Under the pieces are notes generated by a model. It worked only from the letters and a program-made list of their open reading frames with translations. It was not told where the DNA came from and searched no databases. Of a DNA stretch of 64,000 bases, positions 8,722 through 18,000 are shown piece by piece. Within the stretch, counting starts at the first letter, position 1. Every line of letters starts with the position of its first letter. The position numbers and the translations under genes are program-made. Source of the DNA: an uncultured Chloroflexia bacterium (lineage in GTDB: Bacteria > Chloroflexota > Limnocylindria > Limnocylindrales > CSP1-4); the NCBI GenBank assembly GCA_963752475.1, contig CAVVYR010000007.1:96001-160000 (forward strand). Reading direction: 5' to 3'.

Positions 8722-9740
8722 ATGGTCAGGCCTCCCATGCCGTCGTCGCCGAAGAGGCGCTCGTGCGTCTGCAGTGCGAAGCGGTCGGTCATGCCGGCGA
8801 TGTAGTCGGCTGCCTGGACCACGCGGTCGGCGTCGTTGTCACGGTAGGTGGCGGGGATGTCCTCGGGATGCCGCAGGTGGTGGTCCATCAGCCGCCGGAT
8901 GATGTCGATGGCGGCGGCCTGCGGCTCGCGCTGCATCGGCGAGAGGTAGACGCGCTCGAACATGAAGTCGCGCAACTCGTTCATGTCGGCCAGGACCTCG
9001 TCGCGCATGCGCACCTCGCCCCACTCCAGTGCGCCTTCGACGACCGCATCGATCATGCCCCCGATCCAGGACGAGCCCGGAACCCCGAAGCGCGCCGTCA
9101 TGGCCATGGGGAACTCGTCCGCGGTGAGGATCCCCGCACGCATGGCGTCGAGCGCGTCATGGGTGAGGTAGGCGATGCGGTCGGCGTAGCGTACGCAGTG
9201 GGCTTCCTGCGTCGTCGGTGGTGGGTCGATCTTCCAGGAGTGGGCCCGGATGCCGTCACGAACCTCCCATGACAGGTTGAGGTCCTCGAGCACCTCGTAG
9301 ATGCGCACCGACTGGGCCGCGTGATGCCAGCCGCCGGCGGTAGGGAAGTAGGGCGACAGGGCCGCTTCGCCGGTATGGCCGAAGGGCGAATGCCCCACGT
9401 CGTGGCCCAGCCCGATGGCCTCGGCCAGCGACTCGTTGAGCGACAGCGCCGCTGCCAGGGCCCGCGCGATCTGCGTCACCCCGATGGTGTGCGTGAGGCG
9501 CGTGACGTAGTGGTCACCCTCGGGGTTCACGAAGACCTGCGTCTTGTGCTTCAGGCGCCGGAAAGCCTTGCTGTGCATGATCCGATCGCGGTCACGCTCG
9601 AAGGCCGTGCGCAACTCGTCCGGCGCCTCCGGTCGAGCCCGGCCCTGCGAATCGACTGCGCGGAAGGCAGCCGCAGCGAGCCGGTCGGCCTCCTCGGCCT
9701 CGCGAGCCGCACGGTCACGCAAGATGAAGCGACTGGTCAT
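8718..9740 (-). CDS. dgt: dGTP triphosphohydrolase-like HD-domain protein
   Basis: RDRDRIMHSKAFRRLKHKTQV, TRLTH, GHDVGHSPFGH, DYIAGMTD. Confidence 0.92.
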   Translation of the reverse strand: MTSRFILRDRAAREAEEADRLAAAAFRAVDSQGRARPEAPDELRTAFERDRDRIMHSKAFRRLKHKTQVFVNPEGDHYVTRLTHTIGVTQIARALAAALSLNESLAEAIGLGHDVGHSPFGHTGEAALSPYFPTAGGWHHAAQSVRIYEVLEDLNLSWEVRDGIRAHSWKIDPPPTTQEAHCVRYADRIAYLTHDALDAMRAGILTADEFPMAMTARFGVPGSSWIGGMIDAVVEGALEWGEVRMRDEVLADMNELRDFMFERVYLSPMQREPQAAAIDIIRRLMDHHLRHPEDIPATYRDNDADRVVQAADYIAGMTDRFALQTHERLFGDDGMGGLTI

Positions 9741-9751
9741 GCTGGCGATGG

Positions 9752-10618
9752 TCACGCCTTGGAGTCGGCCGCGCTCTCGGCCATGAGGTCGACCTCGGCG
9801 ACGATCCTGGACTCGGAGCCCTCGATGATGCGGCGGCGGATGGTGCCTGAGATGGTGTCCACGATGATGGTCACGATGATGACCACGATGATGGCCGTAC
9901 CCGCCAGGGGCCAACGGCTGAAGGCGATGGTCTGCTGGAGCAAGAAGCCGATGCCGCCGGCGCCGACCACGCCCAGCACGGCGCCGGCACGGATGTTGAT
10001 CTCGAAGCGATAGAGCCAGAAGCCGATGAGCTCCGGCAGCACCTGCGGCAGGACGCCCCAGCGCTGGACCTGCAATCCGCGCCCACCCGCCGCACGCGCC
10101 GCTTCCACGGGCCCGTCATCGATGCTCTCGATGGCTTCGGCCGTCAGCTTGCCCAGCGTGCCCGCGGAGTGGATGCCGATGGCAAGCGCACCGGCCACTG
10201 GTCCGAAGCCCGCGATGGGGATGAAGATGGCGATGGCCAGGATGAGCTCGGGGAAGGCGCGGATGGCGTTGAGGACCTGGCGCATCACGTTGGAGACCAG
10301 CGGACTCGAGACGTTCTTGGCGCCGAGGAAGCCCAGCGGCAGCGAGAGGACCGCGCCGATGATGGTGCCCACCCAGGCCATCTGCAGTGACTCGATCATG
10401 GCCGGGAGGGCCTTCTCGAGGTAGCTCAGGTCGGGCGGGAACATGGCCGTGAAGATCGTCCACAGACCGGACGGGAGCGCGGCCACGTCGGTGATGTCGA
10501 TGTCGACCGTCAGGGCGGCCCACAGGAAGAGCGCGGCGGCCCCGGCGATCCACAGGTTGCGCTTGGTGTTGTCCGGCTTCTGCGGCCGCTCGTTGGCCGT
10601 CGTCACGGGGGTGGTCAT
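9752..10618 (-). CDS. phnE: Phosphonate-type ABC permease
   Basis: GTLGKLTAEAIESID, YRFEINIR..LGVVGAGGIG. Confidence 0.92.
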   Translation of the reverse strand: MTTPVTTANERPQKPDNTKRNLWIAGAAALFLWAALTVDIDITDVAALPSGLWTIFTAMFPPDLSYLEKALPAMIESLQMAWVGTIIGAVLSLPLGFLGAKNVSSPLVSNVMRQVLNAIRAFPELILAIAIFIPIAGFGPVAGALAIGIHSAGTLGKLTAEAIESIDDGPVEAARAAGGRGLQVQRWGVLPQVLPELIGFWLYRFEINIRAGAVLGVVGAGGIGFLLQQTIAFSRWPLAGTAIIVVIIVTIIVDTISGTIRRRIIEGSESRIVAEVDLMAESAADSKA

Positions 10619-11424
10619 CAGACGAGCCTCCGGCGGAGCCGGATGGAGACCAGCTCGATGGCGAAGACGATGACGAAGAGGCAGATGATGATGACCGAGA
10701 CGTTGGACCACTGGAGGAAGCCGTACTGGGTCTTGAGCAGGAAGCCGATGCCCCCGGCTCCCACGAAGCCAAGCACGGTGCTGGCGCGCACGTTCAGCTC
10801 GAAGGCGTAGAGCGAGTAGGCCACGTAGTTGGGCAGCACCTGCGGCAGCACCGACCAGCGCACCATCTGGCTGCGCGAGCTGCCACCGGCGTCAGCCGCC
10901 TCGATGGGCCCGGGGTCGACCCCGTCGACTGACTCGCTCAGCAGCTTGGCTACCACGCCGATGTTGAAGAAGATCAGGGCCATGATGCCGGGCAGGGGAC
11001 CGATGCCCACGGCGGCCACGAAGATGAGCGCATAGAGGAAGTCGGGAATGGCTCGGATGACGCTCAGGATGCCGCGCGTGATGGTCAGCGTCGGCCGGTT
11101 GGGCACCGTCGTGCGCGAGGCGAAGAAGGTGACGGGCAGGGCCAGACCACAACCGATGAAGGCCGCGATGACGGCGATCTGGAGGGTCTCGATCATGGGC
11201 TCGACGACGCGCGGCAGGAAGTCCCAGTTGGGTGCCAGCAGCTGGCGGATGATGACCTCGCCGTTGCCCAGGTCCTCGATGATGGCGCCGATGTCCAGGC
11301 CGATGCCCCAGCGTTCGCTGGTCGAGATGAGCGTGATGGCCACGAAGGCCACGAAACCGACGAGGACCGTCTTCGAACGAGGTGGCTTCTGGGGTCGGCG
11401 GCTGACCTGGGCGGCGCTGGTCAC
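10618..11424 (-). CDS. phnE: Phosphonate-type ABC permease
   Basis: AKLLSESVDGVDPGPIEA, FELNVRASTVLGFVGAGGIG. Confidence 0.92.
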   Translation of the reverse strand: MTSAAQVSRRPQKPPRSKTVLVGFVAFVAITLISTSERWGIGLDIGAIIEDLGNGEVIIRQLLAPNWDFLPRVVEPMIETLQIAVIAAFIGCGLALPVTFFASRTTVPNRPTLTITRGILSVIRAIPDFLYALIFVAAVGIGPLPGIMALIFFNIGVVAKLLSESVDGVDPGPIEAADAGGSSRSQMVRWSVLPQVLPNYVAYSLYAFELNVRASTVLGFVGAGGIGFLLKTQYGFLQWSNVSVIIICLFVIVFAIELVSIRLRRRLV

Positions 11425-12215
11425 GCGCTGATGGTGGCGGGAGCGACCTCGGGCTCGCCCATGACGTCGTCGGCGGTCAGCGAGCGGCCGTAGATGTCGC
11501 GGAAGACGTTCTCATCCGCCATCTCGCCGGTGCCGTCGTACACCAGCTCGCCGGCTCGCAGGCCGATGATGCGGTCGCCGTACTTCTTGGCCAGGTCGAG
11601 GAAGTGCAGGTTGACGATGGTGGTGATGCCGAGGTCGCGGTTGATGCGCTGGAGGTCGCGCATGACCACGTGGCTGGTGGGCGGGTCAAGGCTGGCCACG
11701 GGCTCGTCGGCGAGCAGGATCGAGGGGTCTTGCGCCAGGGCCCGGGCGATGCCCACTCGCTGCTGCTGTCCACCGCTGAGGTTGGACGCACGCACGTAGG
11801 CCTTCTCCACGATGTCGACGCGCTCGAGCGCTCGCATCGCGACCTCGACGTCCTCCGGCTTGTACCAGCCGAGGAGCGAGCGCCAGGTGCTGGTCTCGTG
11901 GAGCCGTCCCATGAGCACGTTGTTGAGCACGCTCGTGCGCTTCACGAGGTTGAAGGTCTGGAAGATCATGCCGATGTGCGAGCGCAGCTCGCGCATCTGC
12001 TTGGACGAGGCGCTGCGCACGCTCATGCCGTCGATGGTGCAGTCGCCATCGGTCAGCGGCACGAGGCCGTTCACGGCGCGGATGAGCGTGGACTTGCCCG
12101 CACCGGAGAGGCCCACGATGACGATCATCTCGCCGTCGGGGATCTCCAGCGTCAGATCCTTCAGGGCGTGCACGCCACCGGGATAGGTGACCGACGCGTT
12201 CTCGAACTTGATCAT
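11421..12215 (-). CDS. phnC: Phosphonate-type ABC ATPase
   Basis: GLSGAGKST, LSGGQQQRVGIARAL, ILLADEPVASLDP. Confidence 0.94.
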   Translation of the reverse strand: MIKFENASVTYPGGVHALKDLTLEIPDGEMIVIVGLSGAGKSTLIRAVNGLVPLTDGDCTIDGMSVRSASSKQMRELRSHIGMIFQTFNLVKRTSVLNNVLMGRLHETSTWRSLLGWYKPEDVEVAMRALERVDIVEKAYVRASNLSGGQQQRVGIARALAQDPSILLADEPVASLDPPTSHVVMRDLQRINRDLGITTIVNLHFLDLAKKYGDRIIGLRAGELVYDGTGEMADENVFRDIYGRSLTADDVMGEPEVAPATISA

Positions 12216-12232
12216 GTGATAGTCAAGGAGAA

Positions 12233-12259
12233 CAGGCGGGTCCGTGATGGACCCGCCTG
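12233..12259 (-). promoter_or_regulatory. Intercistronic hairpin after the binding-protein gene
   Basis: caggcgggtcc-gtgat-ggacccgcctg 11-bp stem. Confidence 0.6.
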
Positions 12260-12275
12260 GTTCACAGCTGCCTTG

Positions 12276-13277
12276 CTAGGAGCCGTAGCCGAGGTTCTCC
12301 ACGGCATCGCGGATGATCTGCAGCGACTCCTGGTTGGGCTCGCCGAAGGCGTTGATGTTGTAGATCGTGTCGAGCACGAAGGCGCCGTCTTCGGTGGCTG
12401 CGTAGTCGAGCATGGCCTGCTTGATGTTGGCCTTGAGCTCGTCCGAGAGGTCGCCCGAGACGACGAAGCCGTCGTTGGGGATCTCCGGCCCGTAGGCGAA
12501 GGTGACCACCTCACTGCCGACGTCGCACGGCGTCTCGGCGTCGCTGCGGGCGTCGTCGTAGCTCACGCCGACCTCGGCCTGGCCCAGGCAGACGGCGATG
12601 ACCGAGGCGGTGTGGCCGCCGGAGAAGACCGCTTCGAGGTCGCTCTCGGCGTCGAGGCCCAGGGTCGAGAAGATGGTGGCCGGGAAGATGAAGCCGGACG
12701 AGGAGGTCGGCTCGGTGAAGGCGACCGAGGTGCCCGGCTCGATGAGGGACACGGCCTCGTCGATGGCGATAGGCCCGACTGGCGACTCATCGAAGGCGCG
12801 GTCGGTGCCGTTGCAGTTGAGGTACGTCACCATCACGTACTCATCGTCGACCGTCTCGCGACGCTCGTTCTCGACGACCTCATCGAGGCAGTACTTGTCC
12901 GGGTTGTTGGTGATGAACTGGGTGTGATAGGAGGGGCTGCCGAAGCGTTCGGACTGCAAGATCATCTCCGCGCCGGCCACGTCCACGGCCTGCACCAGGC
13001 CGAAGGGCGGCATCGCGCCGATATGGGCCTGGCCGGTCTGCAGGGCCGTCACGAGGGCGGTGTAGTCACTGGAGACGAAGCCCTCGACGGGGACGCCCAG
13101 GGTGTCGGTCAGGTAGTCCGCCAGCGGCTGGATGTCGTCGATCAGCGCGCCGGCCTCGACCGACGGCACGAAGCCGATGACCAGCTCTTCGGGGTCTTCG
13201 GCTGCCGCGGGACTGGCGAACGCGGTTGCGGCCAGGGCTACGGCAGGTAGGAGGGCAAGGGAGCGGCGTCGGGACAT
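12276..13277 (-). CDS. phnD: PhnD family substrate-binding protein
   Basis: Signal peptide; IGFVPS, DYTALV, TSSSGFIFP, GGHTAS, IPNDG; SD GGAGGAG. Confidence 0.9.
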   Translation of the reverse strand: MSRRRSLALLPAVALAATAFASPAAAEDPEELVIGFVPSVEAGALIDDIQPLADYLTDTLGVPVEGFVSSDYTALVTALQTGQAHIGAMPPFGLVQAVDVAGAEMILQSERFGSPSYHTQFITNNPDKYCLDEVVENERRETVDDEYVMVTYLNCNGTDRAFDESPVGPIAIDEAVSLIEPGTSVAFTEPTSSSGFIFPATIFSTLGLDAESDLEAVFSGGHTASVIAVCLGQAEVGVSYDDARSDAETPCDVGSEVVTFAYGPEIPNDGFVVSGDLSDELKANIKQAMLDYAATEDGAFVLDTIYNINAFGEPNQESLQIIRDAVENLGYGS

Positions 13278-13348
13278 CAAGTCTCCTCCGATGTCAGTAC
13301 CCGCGGGCACGAGCGGGCGTCGCGTCCGGGCCGACGCGTGCGCACGGT

Positions 13349-13370
13349 GTTCACACGACGTTCATCGGGT
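13349..13370. promoter_or_regulatory. Possible PHO-box-like 11-nt direct repeat
   Basis: GTTCAC at 13349 and GTTCAT at 13360; -10-like TAGACT on minus strand at 13389-13394. Confidence 0.4.
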
Positions 13371-13441
13371 CTTGCCCGGACGCCACCTAGTCTAGTCCGG
13401 CTGCGCGGTCGGGTCGTCCCGATTCGGACGACCCGGGTCGA

Positions 13442-14815
13442 TCACTCGGGCAGCTTGTCCACGATATGCTCGGTCAGCAGCTCGGCGACCTCCGCCCCCG
13501 ACACGCTCATGGGCCTGTCATAGGAGTAGGGCTCCACGGTCATGTCGAGCACCTGGTCACCGGGCAGCTGGACGCGGAAGTTGACCGACCCTTCGGTGAA
13601 GGTGTCGCTCATCTCGAGCGCGGGCAGTCCGGCGAGCGTCGTCTCCTCGGCGTCGGGGTAGAACATCAGGGAGTCGTCCAGCTGACCCTCGCTGACGTAG
13701 ACCCGGACGCGCATCGAGTCGGTCGAATCGAAGTTGCAGGCGTCGCTGCTGACGTTCCCGGACTGGATGGGTAGGCCTATCGCCGCTTCATAGTCGGCGG
13801 CGAAGCCGAGGTCGCAGAGCAGCGGCTTCACCGGGGCGATGAGGCTCTCGCGTGACTCGATGACGCGAGGCACGAAGATCTCCGCCACAGCCGCCGTCTG
13901 CTCGATCCAGTCGTAGCCCTCGGGTGTCTCCTGGGGCGGCCAAACCTGCACGTTGAGCACGTCCGGGCCGGCCTGCACCAGCATCTGGGAGTTCTCCTGG
14001 TCCGCGGTGAAGGCCGGGGCGCCGGCCACGTCCACTTCGGTGTCGTAGCCGTAGGCGTTGGCGGCGTAGGCGACGTCAGCGTCGAGCTCGACCACCACGT
14101 TCGTGCTGTGACCGGTCTCCCAGTTGGAGAAGGTACAGGTCGTCAGCTCCCAGCCGCTGCTGTCCAGGTATTCCAGCTGGCCTGCGGCGGTCAGCTCCTC
14201 CGGCGTGGCCAGGGCGCAGACCCCTTCGGCCGCGGGTTGGGTCACGGTGAAGTCGTCCTCGAAGTCGACCTCATCCTGAGGGGCCTCGCCCAGGCCGCCA
14301 CAGACGACCCACTCGCCGTCCTCCTTGACCACGGTCAGCTCGGAGTCCAGCGGCATCGTCTGCGTCAGGGCCATCTCCAGGAAGGGCAGCATCATCTCGA
14401 GGTCCTCATCGCTGACCTCCTCCATGTCCGCCTCCAGCAGGGCCCGGGCCACGTCCTCGATGGGCATGTCGCCGGTCTCCATCGACATCGTGCCCGTGAC
14501 CTTGACCGTGGCGCTGTCACCATCTTCGCTCACGAGCTCGATGCCCACGTCCTCATAGGCGAACGTGAGCAGGTCGCGGGCGCCGTCGAAGCCCATGGCC
14601 TCACCCGGGTCAAGTGCCTCGATCACGACCTCGCGCTCGGCTTCACAGATGAGGGATTCGAGATCCTCGTACGCACCTGCCTCGACCGCATCGAGCAAGG
14701 CTTGGGCGGCGGCTTCGGGATCGTCGGCTGCGGTGACGGGCGCACCCGCGGCGACGGCGAGTGACAGGGACAAGGCCGCGGCGATTCCGGCGGCGCGGGA
14801 ACGGATGGGGAGCAT
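13442..14815 (-). CDS. Secreted acidic hypothetical protein (NTF2-like N-domain plus two Cys-paired repeats)
   Basis: SD CAGGAGG; signal peptide; SATVKVTG..LTVVKEDGEWVVC; CALATPEEL..CTF and CDLGFAADY..CNF. Confidence 0.75.
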   Translation of the reverse strand: MLPIRSRAAGIAAALSLSLAVAAGAPVTAADDPEAAAQALLDAVEAGAYEDLESLICEAEREVVIEALDPGEAMGFDGARDLLTFAYEDVGIELVSEDGDSATVKVTGTMSMETGDMPIEDVARALLEADMEEVSDEDLEMMLPFLEMALTQTMPLDSELTVVKEDGEWVVCGGLGEAPQDEVDFEDDFTVTQPAAEGVCALATPEELTAAGQLEYLDSSGWELTTCTFSNWETGHSTNVVVELDADVAYAANAYGYDTEVDVAGAPAFTADQENSQMLVQAGPDVLNVQVWPPQETPEGYDWIEQTAAVAEIFVPRVIESRESLIAPVKPLLCDLGFAADYEAAIGLPIQSGNVSSDACNFDSTDSMRVRVYVSEGQLDDSLMFYPDAEETTLAGLPALEMSDTFTEGSVNFRVQLPGDQVLDMTVEPYSYDRPMSVSGAEVAELLTEHIVDKLPE

Positions 14816-14883
14816 CGGGTCCTCCTGCGTCAGAGGGGCCGATGGTAGCCGAGCCTGGGCCCTGTAGGGAAGGGCCTTGCTGT

Positions 14884-15774
14884 TCAGCTCGACGACGTCG
14901 CCGTGGCGCGGGCGCCGACCCACCGGTGGTAGTGACCGAAGGCGAACACCAGCAGCGTGTCGAAGCGCTCCTCGATGTCGTCGCGCTTGAGCGCCACCGA
15001 GGCGGTCAGCAGGGCCAGGCTGCCCCACCAGATGACAGGCATGACCAGGAGCACGCCGATGGGCAGCAGCCAGCGCATGTCGCGCCAGGCGGCGAAGATG
15101 ATCAGCCCGACCGCGAAGGGCAGGCGCACGATCAACGGGATCGGCACCGAGCCGGGCACGGTGCTCGAACCGGTACTGCTCATGAGCAGCTGGAACCAGT
15201 CGGCCCAGAGACCAGGAGTGAACAGGGCCACGGCGGCGATGACCACGAGGGTGGCGGCGATGGCGATAGCCAGGTTGAGCCACTCACGACGCACGGCGAA
15301 CCAGAGGATGCCCAGACCGGGTGTGACCTTCGTGAGCAGGGGGAAGGCCCAGGCCCACGGCCGGCTGAAGCCGAGCACGATGGCCGCCGCGAGCAGGATG
15401 GTGATGTTGCCGCCCCAGATCTCCGGCAGGGCCAGCAGCAAGAGCGGCAGGAAGAGCAGCGGCCGGGCCAGCCAGAAGAGGACCACCAGCAGGCCTGCGG
15501 TCCAGATGCCCAGGAACAGGGGCCACGAGAGGGCGCGCAGCGGGCTCAGCAGCCAGATGAAGGCCGGCGAATAGAGGTAGGCCGACTCCTGGCCGACCGA
15601 GCCCGGGACATAGGGATCATCGAGTGGCGTCGACCAGTAGGCGCGAGCGTCATGGCCGGGCCCGAAGCTGTCCGGCTGGAAGGGCTCGGCCAACGCGACC
15701 ATGAGCACCACCAGTCCGACGGCGACGAGTACTCCCCAGACGCCGACGATGCGCCGGATCGACTCGGACGTCAC
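14884..15774 (-). CDS. GT87-like (GT-C fold) membrane glycosyltransferase
   Basis: HDARAYW, YLYSPAF, GNITILL, LTKVTPG; polytopic. Confidence 0.8.
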   Translation of the reverse strand: MTSESIRRIVGVWGVLVAVGLVVLMVALAEPFQPDSFGPGHDARAYWSTPLDDPYVPGSVGQESAYLYSPAFIWLLSPLRALSWPLFLGIWTAGLLVVLFWLARPLLFLPLLLLALPEIWGGNITILLAAAIVLGFSRPWAWAFPLLTKVTPGLGILWFAVRREWLNLAIAIAATLVVIAAVALFTPGLWADWFQLLMSSTGSSTVPGSVPIPLIVRLPFAVGLIIFAAWRDMRWLLPIGVLLVMPVIWWGSLALLTASVALKRDDIEERFDTLLVFAFGHYHRWVGARATATSSS

Positions 15775-15790
15775 GCGACCGGATCCCTCG

Positions 15791-16996
15791 CTACTTGCTG
15801 TACGGGCTGGTCATGGCGTCGACGCTGTGACCCAGCATCAACGGCTTGCCCAGGAGCTCGTCATAGCTGGGTCGCAGCCGCGCGACGTCGTAGAGCTGGT
15901 CGATATCGACCGACACGGCCGTGTCGTCCTGGCTGGGCAGGGTGGAGTGGCCGTAGCGGCCGTCGCGGACGGCCAGCATGCGTCCGCGCTGACCGTTGGC
16001 GATGAGCTCGACGGCGATGTTGGCGAAGCTGGTCGAGACGAAGATGTCGACGAGGTCCGGCTCGCCCGAGCGCAGGTCGTAGGTCAGGTCCGAGTGGATG
16101 GTATCGATGCCCGTCAGGGCCTTGATCTGTGACGCCAGGATCTCGGACACGTTGGCCTTGTGTCGATGGCCGAAGGCATCGGGCTCTCCCACCTCGCCGA
16201 TCTCACCCCCCTCCCACACGGCGCCCTCGGAGGTGATGACGATGGCGTAGTGGCTCTGGTTGAGCTCGTGGTCGGCGGCCAGCAGCTCGGCGAGGTGCTT
16301 GATGTCGTAGCGGTACTCCGGGATGACGCAGCGCGAAGCCGTGGCGAAGGCCGTGTACAGCGAGGTGAAGCCGGCGTCGCGGCCGAAGACGCGGAACACG
16401 CCGATGCGCTCGTGCGAGCCGATGGTCGTGCGCTGCCGGTTGATGGCGTCCTTGGCCCGCGTGATGGCCGTCGAGAAGCCGATGCAGTACTCGGTGCCCT
16501 GCACGTCGTTGTCCATGGTCTTGGGCACGGCGATGATGTCCATGCCCGCATCGTGCAGGGAGCGACTGTAGCTGAGGGTATCGTCGCCGCCGATGGGCAC
16601 GAGATAGTCGAGCCCGAGCTTCTCGATGTTGTCCATCACCAGGGGCGTGATGTCGTAGCGATCCTCGCCCGTCTTGAACGAAGCCACCCGCTTCTGGTCG
16701 AGCGTTGGTGGCAGGGCCGCAGCCTTCATCTTGCGCGGGTTCGTGCGCGAGCTGTGAAGCCAGGTGCCGCCGGTGCGATCGATCTTGCGCGTGTTCTCGA
16801 GGTCCAGGGGCACGATGTAGCGCTCGTCGTCCATGCCCTTGTCAGGCGAGAGGTGCGTGAGGCCTTCCCATCCTCGTCGGATGCCCACGACCTCGAAGCC
16901 CATCTCGTGAGCCCGGTAGGTGACGCCCTTGATGACGCCGTTCAGTCCCGGGACGTCGCCGCCGCCGGTGAGGATGCCGATCCTCTTCTTGGCCAT
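15791..16996 (-). CDS. pfkA: 6-phosphofructokinase family, PPi-dependent signature
   Basis: TGGGDVPGLN, GGDDT, PKTMDND. Confidence 0.9.
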   Translation of the reverse strand: MAKKRIGILTGGGDVPGLNGVIKGVTYRAHEMGFEVVGIRRGWEGLTHLSPDKGMDDERYIVPLDLENTRKIDRTGGTWLHSSRTNPRKMKAAALPPTLDQKRVASFKTGEDRYDITPLVMDNIEKLGLDYLVPIGGDDTLSYSRSLHDAGMDIIAVPKTMDNDVQGTEYCIGFSTAITRAKDAINRQRTTIGSHERIGVFRVFGRDAGFTSLYTAFATASRCVIPEYRYDIKHLAELLAADHELNQSHYAIVITSEGAVWEGGEIGEVGEPDAFGHRHKANVSEILASQIKALTGIDTIHSDLTYDLRSGEPDLVDIFVSTSFANIAVELIANGQRGRMLAVRDGRYGHSTLPSQDDTAVSVDIDQLYDVARLRPSYDELLGKPLMLGHSVDAMTSPYSK

Positions 16997-17157
16997 ATCG
17001 TTCTCCGTTCCCCTCAGTACGAACGCTCACGCGCGCGAGCGTTCGGTGTCGATCATGTGGGTGGGTTGCTGAACCACGATGGTACCGCCTTGGCCAGTTG
17101 TTACGATGGGGCCAAGGGCCCGAACGATGCCCTCCAAGAGGACTGCCCAGCACCGCC

Positions 17158-17610
17158 ATGCACTACGAGCTGTACATGCGCGCCGCACTCGCCGAAGCTG
17201 CTCAGGCTCGCCGGTCGGGTGAACGCGCCAACGGCGCCGTGGCTGTGCTCGACGAGGCCATGATCGCGCACGGCCGCGAGTCCGTGATCAACAGCGGCGA
17301 TCCCACGGCGCACGCGGTCATCATCGCGCTGCGCGAGGCGGCCACCAAGTTGGCCCGTCCGTCGCTACAGGGAACGACCATCTTCACGGTCGTCGAGCCT
17401 TGCCCCATGTGCGTCGGGGCTTTGCTCACATGTGATGCTGATGGCGTGGTCTTCGCGCTGTCCGACCCCGAGGACGGCGCCTGCCTCTCGGCCATGAAGA
17501 TGGCTGACGGATCCGGCGTGAACCGCCGGCTGCAAGTCGTGTCGGGCATCCTGCAGGACGATGCAGCCGAGCTTCGTCCGGACCTGGCGGCCGAGGGCAC
17601 GCGCACCTAG
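17158..17610 (+). CDS. tadA: TadA-like nucleoside deaminase with HAV in place of HAE
   Basis: YMRAALAEA, DPTAHAV, EPCPMCVGA, VVSGILQDDA; sits in the tadA-tRNA-ffs-dnaX context. Confidence 0.8.
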   Translation: MHYELYMRAALAEAAQARRSGERANGAVAVLDEAMIAHGRESVINSGDPTAHAVIIALREAATKLARPSLQGTTIFTVVEPCPMCVGALLTCDADGVVFALSDPEDGACLSAMKMADGSGVNRRLQVVSGILQDDAAELRPDLAAEGTRT

Positions 17611-17630
17611 GACCCTCGTCTGACGCCCTC

Positions 17631-17698
17631 GCCCGCAGCGGGGTGTTCTTGCCGTTGTCCCGCCTTCGTGCCCGCAGCGGGGTGTTCTGCCGTTGTTC
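17631..17698. repeat. Tandem ~29-nt direct repeat
   Basis: gcccgcagcggggtgttc(t)tgccgttgt twice. Confidence 0.75.
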
Positions 17699-17899
17699 GG
17701 AGGGGCCGCGCGCGCCTCGCCGTCGCTCCCGGCCCGGCGTCCTCCTTATGGACACCTGTCGCTCCCACCGACCGTAGGCAAGCTCGTAGCCACCCTCAGC
17801 ACTGCCGAACAGCTCGTGGTCGCAGATCCCGAGCGTGTGTGGGCATGAACGGGAGGCGCGGCGGTGGCCGAGGACCATGATCCGGCCCAAGCAGTCGGA

Positions 17900-18000
17900 C
17901 TACCGTCGACCCCGCCGACAGGCGGCTACAAGGAACGGCCGAGCAGGCCGATACCGTCGAGCTGGGCGACATCTGGCTACAAGTCGGGCACATCGGCCGA
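17900..18000. repeat. Imperfect 51-nt tandem repeat
   Basis: taccgtcga..cgaca..ggctacaag..ggccga twice. Confidence 0.55.

Noticed and set aside
17631-18000. Direct repeats as a mini-CRISPR
   Set aside because: Only two copies each, spacer about 10 nt or none, no leader or cas genes
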